The notes under the pieces were generated by a model. That model was not told the origin of the DNA. It worked only from the letters and a program-made list of their open reading frames with translations, and did no database searches. The position numbers and the translations under genes were made by a program. Of a DNA stretch of 64,000 nt, positions 20,005 to 29,867 are shown piece after piece (within the stretch, counting starts at the first letter, position 1; each line of letters opens with the position of its first letter). This DNA comes from Saprospira grandis str. Lewin (GTDB lineage Bacteria; Bacteroidota; Bacteroidia; Chitinophagales; Saprospiraceae), in assembly GCF_000250635.1 (NCBI RefSeq), contig NC_016940.1, positions 1,224,995 through 1,288,994 of the forward strand, read 5' to 3'.

Positions 20005-21015
20005 ATGCAGTTTGAATCACCCAGTTTGCTGGCCCTACTAGTCTGCATTCCCCTAATTATTATATTATTTATTAGGGCGCAGCGGCTCAATGCCCAAGTT
20101 AGAGCTCGTTTTGGCAGTTGGACAGCCTTTCAGCGGATGATCCCTACTTTTGCTCCTGGCCGCAACAAGCTCAAGTTTGTGCTTTCTGTGTTGGCCCTTT
20201 CGCTAATGATTTTGGCCTGGGCCAACCCGAGGATGGGCAGCCGCAGCCGCAAAGTAGAGCGGGCGGGAGTAGATGTTTATCTGGCCCTCGATTTATCTAG
20301 AAGTATGTGGGCCAAAGATGTGCAGCCTAGGGGTATGGACCGTTTGGAGAAGGCCCGTCTGTTTAGTTTGGATTTGCTGCAGGGTTTGGCCAACAATCGG
20401 GTGGGGCTTATCTTCTTTGCGGGAGAGGCTTTTTTGCAAATGCCGCTTACTTTGGACCATAGTTCGGCCCAGGTATTTCTTTATAATGGCTTGGAAGAAG
20501 TAGAACTCATGCAAGGCAGTATGCCAGAGAAAGTCTTGGAGCTGGTCCAAAAATCAGAAATACAGCCCGATGGCAAACAGCATCAAAAAGCGGTTATTTT
20601 TGTTAGTGATGGAGAAGAACACAACCCCAAAACCTTAGAAGCGGCCAAAGCCGCCCGCAAAAATGGCGTATTTAGTTATACCATTAGTGTGGGCTCTGGC
20701 CAAGGGGCCAAAATTCCTCTGCAAAGAGAAAATGAACTGGGTTTTCATAGAGATAAGCGAGGAGAAGAAGTAGTGACCGCTACCAACAAAAAGATGTTGG
20801 CCGAATTGGCCAAAGTAGGGGGCGGCCGAGCCTTTGATATTGACCAAGGGAAAAATATCTTGCCCGCCTTGCTCAAAGACTTTAAGAAATTGGAGCAACA
20901 AGAGTTTGATGAATTGCAATATGACGATTTTGACAGCTACTATCAGTATTTGTTGGCTCCTGCCCTACTCCTTCTCCTCTTTGAGTTTTTTCTGGCCTAC
21001 CGCAAAAAATCATAA
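20005..21015 (+). CDS. batB: BatB (VWA domain protein)
   Basis: VWA MIDAS 'DVYLALDLSRSM' and 'VIFVSDGEEHNP', plus a C-terminal TM 'LLAPALLLLLFEFFLAY'. Confidence 0.85.
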   Translation: MQFESPSLLALLVCIPLIIILFIRAQRLNAQVRARFGSWTAFQRMIPTFAPGRNKLKFVLSVLALSLMILAWANPRMGSRSRKVERAGVDVYLALDLSRSMWAKDVQPRGMDRLEKARLFSLDLLQGLANNRVGLIFFAGEAFLQMPLTLDHSSAQVFLYNGLEEVELMQGSMPEKVLELVQKSEIQPDGKQHQKAVIFVSDGEEHNPKTLEAAKAARKNGVFSYTISVGSGQGAKIPLQRENELGFHRDKRGEEVVTATNKKMLAELAKVGGGRAFDIDQGKNILPALLKDFKKLEQQEFDELQYDDFDSYYQYLLAPALLLLLFEFFLAYRKKS

Positions 21016-21018
21016 GCG

Positions 21019-21636
21019 ATGAGAGTAATTATTTTTCTGCTTCTTGCGCTCCCTTTGGGGCTATTGGCCCAAGAATCTTCTCGGAAGAACTTGATTGAAG
21101 GCAATAAGCACTATCGGCTGGGCGAACAAGAAAAGGCAGGGCAAAGTTATAAGAAAGCCCTGCAAACCGATGAAAACAATAGCAAGGCCTGGTACAACCT
21201 AGGCAATGTCTTTTATCAGGCACAAAATTATGAAGAGGCAGAACAACACTATAAAGAAGCCCTTCAGAAAGCCGATAACCCCGAGCTAGAAGCCCGGGCC
21301 TACCACAACCTGGGGAACCTCTACGCCAAAGAGAAAAAACTCAAAGAGGCCGTAGAAGCCTATAAGAATGCCCTGCGCATTCGGCCCAAAGATGTGGAAA
21401 CCAAACACAACCTGGCCCAGGTCCTCAGAACGATTAAGCAGCAGCAACCGCCGCCCCCTAAGCCCAAAGATGATAATAAAAAACAGGAGGAACAACAAGA
21501 ACCGCCGCCCCCCGATGAAATGTCTAAGGATGAGGTAGAACGCATGATGGATATGATTGAGGAGGAAGACAAAGACACCCAAAAGAAGAAGAAAAAGCAA
21601 CCTAAAAATCGCCAAAATCCAGAAAAAGACTGGTAA
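21019..21636 (+). CDS. batC: BatC (TPR-repeat protein with Lys/Glu-rich tail)
   Basis: TPR motifs 'AWYNLGNVFYQAQNYEEAEQHYKEAL' and 'AYHNLGNLYAKEKKLKEAVEAYKNAL'. Low-complexity PPPK/EE tail. Confidence 0.8.
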   Translation: MRVIIFLLLALPLGLLAQESSRKNLIEGNKHYRLGEQEKAGQSYKKALQTDENNSKAWYNLGNVFYQAQNYEEAEQHYKEALQKADNPELEARAYHNLGNLYAKEKKLKEAVEAYKNALRIRPKDVETKHNLAQVLRTIKQQQPPPPKPKDDNKKQEEQQEPPPPDEMSKDEVERMMDMIEEEDKDTQKKKKKQPKNRQNPEKDW

Positions 21637-21716
21637 GCAAATTGTATTTATAATGAGCGGAAGGAAGCAGGGCTTCCTTCCACCTTCTATTCTTCATTTT
21701 TAAATTCAACTGCATT

Positions 21717-22436
21717 ATGAAAACGCTTTTTAGTACTTTGATGGGACTCTTTTTTGTGCTTGGCCTAGGGGCCCAGTCGCCTACTATCTCTCTGGAAGTT
21801 CCTTATGATACCGTAGGGACCGAAGATGTTTTTCAATTGCACTACCATATTGAGCAGGGAGAGCAAGTAGAGTTCAAACAGCCCGATTTTGTCGACTTTG
21901 AGGTAGTGGGGACCGCTAGTAGCAGCCAAACCTCTATTATCAATGGCCAAAAGACCGCTAAGAAAACCTATAGCTTTAGCCTAAAGCCCCGCTATGCGGG
22001 CTATCTGGCCCTACCCTCCGCTACGGCCTATATTGATGGCCAGACTTATAGCAGCCCCAATGGGTCTGTCTTTGTGGTAGAAGGTCCACTAAGAGGCAAC
22101 AGCAAAGGAAATATTTTTGGCAATTCTCCCTTTTCTAATGACTCGCCTTTTGGCCAAGGCTTTAATCTACAGCCCGATAATTTCAACTTTGATATGGAAG
22201 GCTTTGGCGATTTGAGCGATGGCCGCATGCAAGAACTAATGCAAAAACAAGAGGAACTCATGCGACGCTTGCAAAATCCCGATTCCCTGCTTAAACAACT
22301 AGAGCCACAACTTAGAAATATGGACCAAGAATTTGAGGAGCTTTTTCGCCAAATGGAAGACCAATTCCCTGGTTTGCTTGGACCAGATGCCCCCAAAAAG
22401 GAACAACCCAAAGAGCAAAAAACCTATCGGCTTTAA
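21717..22436 (+). CDS. Secreted BatD-N-terminal-like protein
   Basis: Signal peptide. 'ISLEVPYDTVGTEDVFQLHYHIEQG..FKQPDFVDFEVVG' resembles the BatD N-terminal beta-domain. Q/E-rich C-terminus. Confidence 0.55.
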   Translation: MKTLFSTLMGLFFVLGLGAQSPTISLEVPYDTVGTEDVFQLHYHIEQGEQVEFKQPDFVDFEVVGTASSSQTSIINGQKTAKKTYSFSLKPRYAGYLALPSATAYIDGQTYSSPNGSVFVVEGPLRGNSKGNIFGNSPFSNDSPFGQGFNLQPDNFNFDMEGFGDLSDGRMQELMQKQEELMRRLQNPDSLLKQLEPQLRNMDQEFEELFRQMEDQFPGLLGPDAPKKEQPKEQKTYRL

Positions 22437-22437
22437 G

Positions 22438-22590
22438 GGAAGCAGCCAAGCGCAACTTGGCCTAGCGATGTGCAGCAGTGGCCCGCAGGGCCAGACCGAG
22501 CCGCTGAAAGCGGCGAAGGGCCGAGCGAACAGCGAGCTGCGAAACGTAGCGCCGACGACCGAAGGGAGGCGGAGGCCCCAAATAAATAGA
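22438..22590. repeat. GC-rich repeat copy (variant A, reverse) located inside the Bat operon
   Basis: Sequence 'ggcctagcgatgtgcagcagtggcccgcagggccagaccgagccgctgaaagcggcgaagggccgagcgaacagcgagctgcgaaacgtagcgccgacgaccgaagggaggcggaggccccaaa'. Confidence 0.85.
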
Positions 22591-22623
22591 TAAGTCAACA
22601 ACTACCAGATTAAAACTACCGTT

Positions 22624-24375
22624 TTGAAAAGCTACCAACTAAGTCTACTTCTCCTTAGTTTTTGGGCCATGAGCAGCAGCTTGTTGGCCCAAAAAATCGC
22701 TTTTGTAGCCGATTGCAACGCCTCTAAGGTGGTGCTAGGCAATGCCTTCAGACTCTCTTTTCGTTTAGAAAATGCCGAAATTAAGAAGATTCGATTTCCA
22801 GATTTTGAAGCCCAGGGCTTTCAAATTGTGGAGGGCCCCGTCAATGAGAGCCGATACACCAATATTAACGGCAACCGCTATACCTTTGAGGCCTATACCT
22901 TTAGTTTGGCCCCCAATGAAGAGGGCAACTATACGATTGGCCCCGCAGAAGTGACCACTTATGGCGGTAAGGTCCTGAAAACTATGCCCGTTAAGATCAA
23001 GTGCGTGGCGCCAAGTAGTAGCAATGTACAAAGCCTAAATGACCACAACCTGCCCCCAGAATTGGCGGGAAAAGTGCTTTTTCGCCTCGAATGTGAAAAT
23101 CAGGAGGCCGTGGTGGGCGAACAAATCCGACTCAATTATAAGGTCTATACCCAAATAGATATTTCTAATATTGAGCTGGTCAAGGAACCCGAATTTCCTA
23201 AAATGTATAGCAAGGAATATCGCTTCTTTGACAAAGATCCTCGGGTGGAGGTCATCAATGGCCAACAATATGCCACGAAAATCATCTACTCTATGGGGGT
23301 TTTTCCAACCAAAAATGGCGAACTGAGCATCCCCCCCGCCGAAATCCTAATTAGTGTGGGCCGACAAGATCCCCGCAACCCTTTTGCTAGCCGCAACCTC
23401 AAACAATATCCCCTGCTCAGCCTGCCCAAAACAATTCCCGTTCGCTCGCTTTCTGGCCAAGATAAAGATTATACCGGGGCCGTGGGCGAATACGATATGG
23501 AGCTTTATCTGGAAAAAGATGAAATTACAACCGATGAAGCCCTAGAACTAGTGATGCGCATTCGGGGCCTAGGCGATATTAAACCCATCACGGCTCCACC
23601 CGTCCATTTTAAGGAGGGCAGCTTCAAGATTTTGGAGGTCGAACAAAAAGAAGATATCCGAGAAGGCGGCCGCGGCATTGGCGGCGAAAAAACCTTTATC
23701 TATAAAATTGACCCGCAAGAAGTGGGGAATTTGAGCTTGCAGCCCAGCTTTGTCTACTTTGATGTGCGCGACCGAAAATTGGTCCGCATAGATAGCAGTC
23801 TAGAGGTCAAGGTAAAACAAGGCAAACGCATCCTGAACCAAGAAGTAGCCGAAAAAGCCGTAGATAGCAGCCAAGTATTGAGCATGCAAGCGGCCCTAAA
23901 ATCGGCAAGTTGGCGGCCAACACCCCAGCCATTTTTTGGAAGTTATCGCTTTTATCTGCTCAGTGTATTGCCCTTTTTGGCCTTTGGCGGATTCTATTTG
24001 CTCCTTTTGGGCCGAAAGAAAAGCCTAGCGCTCAAAGAAAAACAAGCCCTAAAAAATGCCCCTTATCGACATGCTCAGGAGCAGCTTAAGCTGGCCAAAA
24101 CAGCCCTAAAAACAGATACTGTAGGCGATTTCTACCGGGCCATTGAAGAGGCCCTAAAAGGCTATATTGGCCTACAGATGAATATCCCTTTAGGCGAAAG
24201 GAGCAAAGAACGCCTACAAACGCTTTTGCCCGAAAAAGAAGCGCAGGAACTAGGCGAAATCCTTGAGCATTGCGAACAAGCCCTCTTTGCTGGCCAATCG
24301 CCCCATAAAACCATGGAAGAACAACTCAAACATAGCCAAAAGCTCATTAAACAACTCGAAAAACGCCTTGCCTAA
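22624..24375 (+). CDS. batD: BatD (oxygen-tolerance protein)
   Basis: 583 aa. Signal peptide, repeated beta-rich domains, TM 'FYLLSVLPFLAFGGFYLLLLGRKK' and a C-terminal helical region. Position and architecture match BatD. Confidence 0.75.
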   Translation: MKSYQLSLLLLSFWAMSSSLLAQKIAFVADCNASKVVLGNAFRLSFRLENAEIKKIRFPDFEAQGFQIVEGPVNESRYTNINGNRYTFEAYTFSLAPNEEGNYTIGPAEVTTYGGKVLKTMPVKIKCVAPSSSNVQSLNDHNLPPELAGKVLFRLECENQEAVVGEQIRLNYKVYTQIDISNIELVKEPEFPKMYSKEYRFFDKDPRVEVINGQQYATKIIYSMGVFPTKNGELSIPPAEILISVGRQDPRNPFASRNLKQYPLLSLPKTIPVRSLSGQDKDYTGAVGEYDMELYLEKDEITTDEALELVMRIRGLGDIKPITAPPVHFKEGSFKILEVEQKEDIREGGRGIGGEKTFIYKIDPQEVGNLSLQPSFVYFDVRDRKLVRIDSSLEVKVKQGKRILNQEVAEKAVDSSQVLSMQAALKSASWRPTPQPFFGSYRFYLLSVLPFLAFGGFYLLLLGRKKSLALKEKQALKNAPYRHAQEQLKLAKTALKTDTVGDFYRAIEEALKGYIGLQMNIPLGERSKERLQTLLPEKEAQELGEILEHCEQALFAGQSPHKTMEEQLKHSQKLIKQLEKRLA

Positions 24376-25139
24376 TGCTACGCCTTTTTAGCCTCATTTT
24401 GCTCCTTGCCGTAGCAGCCCCAAGCTGGGCCCAACTGCCCGACAGCTTGGCCAAACAGTTTGCTATTGGCTATGCCCATTATGAAAAAGGAGACTACGAA
24501 AAAGCCCTTTTGGCCTATCAAAAAGCAGCCTTGCCAGGCTATTGCTCTGCCGAATTGCAAAATAATTTGGGCCTGACCTACGAGAAATTAGGCCAATATG
24601 GCCCCGCTGTGCTCGCCTTTGAACGCGCCCTCTTTTGCCAGCCCCAATTTGGGCCAGCTCAAGCCAACCTTAAAGCCATTTCCGGCAAATTAAGCCGACC
24701 CAAAGCGCAAGAAAAATCCGGTTTTATCTTCCAAACTTGGGACAATATGGCCGCTGGCCTCGGGAGCCATTTCTGGGCCTATAGCTTCCTGTTTTTCCTC
24801 TTTTTGGCCGCCGGCAGCCTCGCCTACTACCTCTTTGTGCAACAGAAAAAAGGCAAAACTTGGCTGCTCATCCTACTTAGCCTGCTGCTGGCCTTCTTTA
24901 GTTTTATGCTCAGCCGCCGAGCCAATTATCTGCAATTTAACCGCCAATGGGCCGTCGTCATGAGCTCAGAAGCCGCCATCCTAGACCAACCCTCTATCCA
25001 AGGCAAAGAAGTAGAGCTGGTCGGCAGCGGAAATAAAGCCCTAATTCTAGAAGAAAAAGAAGATTGGTATTATGTTCGCTTGCCCAATGCCGTACAAGGC
25101 TGGATATCGGCCAAATTACTAGAAAAAGTACGCTCCTAA
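24375..25139 (+). CDS. batE: BatE-like protein (TPR + TM + SH3b)
   Basis: TPR ('YEKALLAYQKAAL', 'NNLGLTYEKLGQYGPAVLAFERAL'), two TM segments and a C-terminal SH3b-like 'WYYVRLPNAVQGWISAKLL'. Start codon overlaps the BatD stop. Confidence 0.7.
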   Translation: MLRLFSLILLLAVAAPSWAQLPDSLAKQFAIGYAHYEKGDYEKALLAYQKAALPGYCSAELQNNLGLTYEKLGQYGPAVLAFERALFCQPQFGPAQANLKAISGKLSRPKAQEKSGFIFQTWDNMAAGLGSHFWAYSFLFFLFLAAGSLAYYLFVQQKKGKTWLLILLSLLLAFFSFMLSRRANYLQFNRQWAVVMSSEAAILDQPSIQGKEVELVGSGNKALILEEKEDWYYVRLPNAVQGWISAKLLEKVRS

Positions 25140-25275
25140 TTTGGGGCCTCCGCAGCAAAGCTGCGGCGCTACGTTTCGGGGCTCGCTGTTCGCTCGGCCC
25201 TGCGGCAGCAAAGCTGCCTGGGTCTGGCCTGCGGCCACCCCTACACATCGCTAGGCCTGCGGCGCTCCGCGCCTG
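25139..25275. repeat. GC-rich repeat, variant A, forward
   Basis: Sequence 'tttggggcctccgcagcaaagctgcggcgctacgtttcggggctcgctgttcgctcggccctgcgg...ggtctggcctgcggccacccctacacatcgctaggcctgcgg'. Confidence 0.85.
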
Positions 25276-25314
25276 CATAACGCAAAATATAAGACCTCTT
25301 AAAATACTTATCAT

Positions 25315-26044
25315 CATGAAAAATATCTTTTCTCTAAGCCTCATGGCTGTCCTCATTCTCTTTAGCTTTAGTAGCTGCGATAGCCTACAATCTGCCCTAG
25401 ATGAGGCCTCAAAACTCAATGGCGGAACCGCCGCCCTTACCCAAGCCCAAATTGGCGAAGGACTCAAGCAAGCCCTTAAGCAAGGGGCCAGCAAAGGAGC
25501 CAGCCAACTGGCCGCCCGCGACGGATTTTTTAAAAATCCTTCGGTCAAAATCCTCTTTCCCGATGAGGCCAAACAAGTAGAAAGCCGCCTCCGTGCCCTA
25601 GGCGCTGGCAACCTAGTCGATGATGCCATCGAAAAACTAAACCGCTCGGCAGAAGATGCCTCCAAATCAGCTAAAGACATTTTTGTTAAGGCGATTACCC
25701 AAATGACCATCCAAGATGCTACGAATATCCTGATGGGCGACAAAGATGCTTGTACTAGTTACCTCAAAAAAACCACCTCCACCCAATTGTACCAAAGCTT
25801 TCAGCCTGTGATCAAAAATTCATTGAATAAAACAGGCGCCCTAAACGCCTGGAACAATGTAATGACTCGCTACAATAAAATTCCACTGGTCCAAAAAGTG
25901 AACCCCGATCTAGATGATCATGTCACCAATAAAGCCATGGAAGGCCTATTCAAAATGGTCGAAAAAGAAGAGGCAAATATTCGCGCCAATCCTGTATCTC
26001 GGGCTACCGACCTTATGAAAAAAGTCTTTGCCAAACAAGATTAG
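25315..26044 (+). CDS. DUF4197-family lipoprotein
   Basis: 'MKNIFSLSLMAVLILFSFSSCDS' lipoprotein signal. Ala/Lys-rich helical protein. The ORF call 25064.. is over-extended through the repeat; ATG 25315 was verified. Confidence 0.6.
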
Positions 26045-26080
26045 TAGCCTTTTTAAGCCCTACTTACGTTAGTAAAAAGA

Positions 26081-26114
26081 GAAGTCAGTTGATCCTCAAC
26101 TGACTTCTTTTTTG
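26081..26114 (+). terminator. Rho-independent terminator
   Basis: 'gaagtcagttga tcc tcaactgacttc' is a perfect 12-bp stem, followed by 'ttttttg'. Confidence 0.8.
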
Positions 26115-26169
26115 TTACTTTTGAGCCCCTCGGAGCAAAATGCTCTAGCCTAGCCTAAAAATAGAATTT

Positions 26170-28071
26170 ATGTTTTATCGCACGCTTTTATACCTTTTGA
26201 TCTGCTGCCTAAGCAGCCCCGCACTCTTTGCCCAAGGAGTACAGCTGGTTCCACTAGAAGAAAATTTGGCCCTCAAAAAAAGAAGCCAACTCAAAAATAA
26301 TCAGGTCTGCCCCAACCTCCAATTGAGCCTCCCCTTCTTCGAGGATTTTGCCAATAACCCCAATGGCATTTACCCCGATTGTAGCCGCTGGCAAGATAAT
26401 CACGCTTATATCAATGAGCAATTTGGCTATTTGCCCCCCAGCTTAGGAGTCGCCACCCTAGACGGTTTGGACCAAACTGGCGCTCCCTATGATGCCAATG
26501 CTAGCGTCTCTATCCCTGAAGCCGCCGATACCCTTACTTCTCAAACTATAGACCTAGACAACCGCAACCTAAGCGACCAAATTGTCTTGAGCTACTTCTA
26601 TCAGCCCCAAGGCTGGGGCGACCGCCCCGAAGAAGGCGACTCCCTGCTACTGGAGTTTTTGGACCAAAACGGCAACTGGCAAGCCGTCCGCGCTCATGCT
26701 GGGGTGCCTAGCTCCGTCTCTACTACCGACCTCATTGACTTTGAAGAGGAGCTGGTGGTCCTAGATACCCAATTCCTACATGCTAATTTTCAATTCAGAT
26801 TTAGAAATTTAGCCACTATTACCGGAAGTAATGACCACTGGAACCTCGATTATATTTATCTAGATGCCAACCGCGATACCAGCCAAGCTAGCAATTATGC
26901 CGATGTGAGCTTTCGTATGCGACCAAAATCTCCTCTGGCCCCCTATACCGCAGTGCCTTGGCGCCATTTTGATAATACCCTTTGGTCCGACTCTATTGTG
27001 ATGCAGTGCTTTAATCATAATGGCCTATCGGGTACCCTAGACCGCAGATACCAAGTTTATGATAGCGCACAAACGAGCTTTTTGTTACTCAATAGCCAAG
27101 TGCCCGCTACCACCTATGCCCCTAGCCCCAATGCAGACGATGACTATCGAGACCTTAGCCTAAATGCTTTTTCTCCCTTTTTGCCTAGCCAAACTACAGA
27201 GCTCATCAGCCGCTATATTATTGAAAACCCTAGCGATTTTCAATCTGCAGCCCGCTATCAGGCCAATGATACCGCCTACCTAAAAACCCAACTCTCCAAC
27301 TATTTTGCTTATGATGATGCCTCGGCAGAAATGCGCATTATTGTCCAGGGAATTGGAACCCAACTGGCCGTAGCTTTTCAGGCCCAAGTAGATGATACCC
27401 TCAGAGGCATCTATTTTCATTTGCCCTATTTTACTAACCGAGATGCAGAACTCGACTTTATCAATGTTAAGGTTTGGGAAGACTCTGCGGGCGTCCCTGG
27501 CCAAGAACTATTTTCTAAGGATATTTATAAATTGCGTTATGTAGAGGGCTTTAATGGCTTTCATTATATGCCCCTCAGTGATTTTGCCGATAGCCTAACG
27601 CCTATCGCCCTGGCCGCCGGTAGCCGCTTTCATATTGGCTGGCAACAAGCTTCTAGTACGCCAGTTCCAGTAGGTTTTGACCGAAATAACAGCGATGCCG
27701 AAGCCTTTACTCATGTCAAAGTAGGAGGAAATGCTTGGCAGGATCTGGCCCTAGGCGGCGCCGTGATGATTCGGCCCGTACTTAGCCCCTCTGCTAATCC
27801 AGTGATTGTGTCTAGTACAACAACATTGGCCCCAAAAACAACATTAGACTGGAAGGTATTCCCCAACCCACTAGCAGACGTTTTAATAATAGAAGGACTA
27901 GAAGAACGACCCCAGGCAGAGCTCCAACTCTATAATAGTTTGGGCCAATTGGTGGCCCAAAGTCCCGCCCAAAGCCGCTGGACCCTTCCTCAACTTCCCA
28001 GCGGTATTTATTACCTTTCGGTTTGGGAGAATGGCCAATGCCTAGGTAGTAAAAAGCTATTACAACCCTAA
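26170..28071 (+). CDS. Secreted hypothetical protein with T9SS C-terminal sorting domain
   Basis: Signal peptide 'LLYLLICCLSSPALFAQ'. C-terminal 'WKVFPNPLADVLIIEGL...LQLYNSLGQLVAQ...SGIYYLSVWENGQ' is Por_Secre_tail-like. No other recognised domain. Confidence 0.7.
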   Translation: MFYRTLLYLLICCLSSPALFAQGVQLVPLEENLALKKRSQLKNNQVCPNLQLSLPFFEDFANNPNGIYPDCSRWQDNHAYINEQFGYLPPSLGVATLDGLDQTGAPYDANASVSIPEAADTLTSQTIDLDNRNLSDQIVLSYFYQPQGWGDRPEEGDSLLLEFLDQNGNWQAVRAHAGVPSSVSTTDLIDFEEELVVLDTQFLHANFQFRFRNLATITGSNDHWNLDYIYLDANRDTSQASNYADVSFRMRPKSPLAPYTAVPWRHFDNTLWSDSIVMQCFNHNGLSGTLDRRYQVYDSAQTSFLLLNSQVPATTYAPSPNADDDYRDLSLNAFSPFLPSQTTELISRYIIENPSDFQSAARYQANDTAYLKTQLSNYFAYDDASAEMRIIVQGIGTQLAVAFQAQVDDTLRGIYFHLPYFTNRDAELDFINVKVWEDSAGVPGQELFSKDIYKLRYVEGFNGFHYMPLSDFADSLTPIALAAGSRFHIGWQQASSTPVPVGFDRNNSDAEAFTHVKVGGNAWQDLALGGAVMIRPVLSPSANPVIVSSTTTLAPKTTLDWKVFPNPLADVLIIEGLEERPQAELQLYNSLGQLVAQSPAQSRWTLPQLPSGIYYLSVWENGQCLGSKKLLQP

Positions 28072-28077
28072 GCCCCA

Positions 28078-28222
28078 TTTGCTGTTAAAGCGCTTGGGGG
28101 CGGCTTGGCCGCCTTGGCCGAAGGCCAAATGGCCCAGCGCTGCGGCGGGGTGGCCGAAGGCCAGACCAAAGGCGAAACGAAGTGGAGCCTGAAGGGCCGA
28201 GCAGAACTGCGAGCCCCAAAGC
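28078..28222. repeat. GC-rich repeat copy (variant A, reverse), left part, interrupted by an IS insertion
   Basis: '...ggcccagcgctgcggcggggtggccgaaggccagaccaaaggcg...gggccgagcagaactgcgagccccaaagc'. Continues at 29781-29832 ('ccccaaagcatagcggcggccgcc...gggccccaaaa'), matching the intact copy at 51945-52090. Confidence 0.8.
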
Positions 28223-29780
28223 CTTGGGTTGACCCACTTTTTATAGCGGTGTCAATTTAGGGATCGATATCCATCATACATAAATATGAATCTCTCTAAC
28301 CCTAGTCCTATTTTCTTGACGGATACGGCATGCCTAGTTTTCTTCACTGCGCCATTAAATTCGCCCAACCTTGCTATGATCCAATAGGCCCAAGCTATTG
28401 ATTTAGAGGTAAATGGGTTACGCAAAGAAGGGCTTTGGCTTTCGCCTTTTAGATATTGTTTAAATATAAGATCTAAGACTTCTACTTCATCTTCTGTGAA
28501 AATAGAGGTTGCTGGAGTCTCATTATCTTGGTTAAGTCCAGCTTCTTTAAGCTTAAGGACCTTGTCAGATGCACTGATTGCCATAAGTATCATTTTGCGG
28601 ATAGCTTTACCTGTTTTTAAACATATGTTTTCAATATCAAAGCCATCTGATTTTAAATATTTAAAGTATGTTTCAATTAACCACCTCTTGCGGTAGCAAA
28701 GAACAAGCTCTAAGAGCTCTTCTTCGCTGTTGATTTCTTCATTTGTGAGTAAGCGCCAACTGATGGTTTCATCATCATGATCTTTTTTTGTTCGGCTTCT
28801 TTTTCTAGCGGCAGATTTTGAAAAACCTTTGCCCTTTTCAAAGACCTCAATAACATTGATTGTCATTGGTTTAGGCCTTGGTTCGCCAAGAACATACTTA
28901 CAAGATTTGGGAACGGCAAAAGTCACTTTTTTAGATCGAATAACTAGCTTCTTCCCGTTAAGTTTTTTACGGCTACTCTTGACCGTTTCTGTCGTCTCAA
29001 AGTCTGCTGGATAATGTTCAAAGACATCACATAATGGAATCTTTTTGCCATCCTCCCAAATCGTTGCTCGTCTATCTGTTCGAGACCGAATCAAGAACTT
29101 AATATGCTGTCTGAAAAAACTTTCCATCATAGGATAAACATCTCCTTCTCGATCACAAACATGTAAAATATCAATTAGGTCGTTAATTATTTTTAACGCA
29201 GATTCTGTCTCTTCTACATTTATTTTCCACCTCGTAATTTCACCTCTAAAATGACCCGTATTTCTATTTTCAGCCTCCTTACAAGTTACTCTATTTTTAT
29301 ATCGATTATAAAGCTGAATACCTCCTAAGCCATGATAATGAAAGCTTTCTCGACCATATAGTAGAGCCATGTGAAGAAATACAGACAAATTTGTTTCCCG
29401 ACCTCCAGGGCCTAAACCCTCTTTGTCGGTTAGTCTATTTCTTTGCTTGTTCAGTACAACTTCAGAGGTGTCGTGAAAGGCCAGAAGCTTTTCTTCAACC
29501 ACCTTCATAGACTCCCTACTTTTGCCAATAAACTCAAATTGAATGTATTCCTCAGTAAGATTTTTGTTTGATAACAACCTCATGAAAGCCTTACGGTCTG
29601 CATCAGTTTTTGCTACATTTGTTAAATGTGGGTTAGGATTATTTTTTAGACTCTCTACTAATCTATAACATACTCTTACTGATTGCTTATTTAACATAAA
29701 TGAAGATACCTTTGTACTGTCCATATAAATCTTGATTTAGAGCTAAGTTAAGCTTATTTTTAAAAGTGGGTCAACCCAAG
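28223..29780 (-). mobile_element. IS4-family insertion sequence (1558 bp) with 19-bp perfect terminal inverted repeats and a 9-bp target-site duplication
   Basis: Left inverted repeat 'cttgggttgacccactttt' (28223-28241). Right inverted repeat 'aaaagtgggtcaacccaag' (29762-29780). Direct repeat 'ccccaaagc' immediately outside both ends (28214-28222 and 29781-29789). Confidence 0.85.
28252..29724 (-). CDS. IS4-family DDE transposase
   Basis: 490 aa. 'YRKRWLIETYFKYLK' fits the IS4 Y-x2-R-x3-E-x6-K signature. Single ORF filling the element. Confidence 0.85.
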   Translation of the reverse strand: MDSTKVSSFMLNKQSVRVCYRLVESLKNNPNPHLTNVAKTDADRKAFMRLLSNKNLTEEYIQFEFIGKSRESMKVVEEKLLAFHDTSEVVLNKQRNRLTDKEGLGPGGRETNLSVFLHMALLYGRESFHYHGLGGIQLYNRYKNRVTCKEAENRNTGHFRGEITRWKINVEETESALKIINDLIDILHVCDREGDVYPMMESFFRQHIKFLIRSRTDRRATIWEDGKKIPLCDVFEHYPADFETTETVKSSRKKLNGKKLVIRSKKVTFAVPKSCKYVLGEPRPKPMTINVIEVFEKGKGFSKSAARKRSRTKKDHDDETISWRLLTNEEINSEEELLELVLCYRKRWLIETYFKYLKSDGFDIENICLKTGKAIRKMILMAISASDKVLKLKEAGLNQDNETPATSIFTEDEVEVLDLIFKQYLKGESQSPSLRNPFTSKSIAWAYWIIARLGEFNGAVKKTRHAVSVKKIGLGLERFIFMYDGYRSLN

Positions 29781-29867
29781 CCCCAAAGCATAGCGGCGGC
29801 CGCCCTACTATAAAGGGCGGCCGCGGGCCCCAAAACACCCTAAAAAGAACTACATAAAACATCTAAA

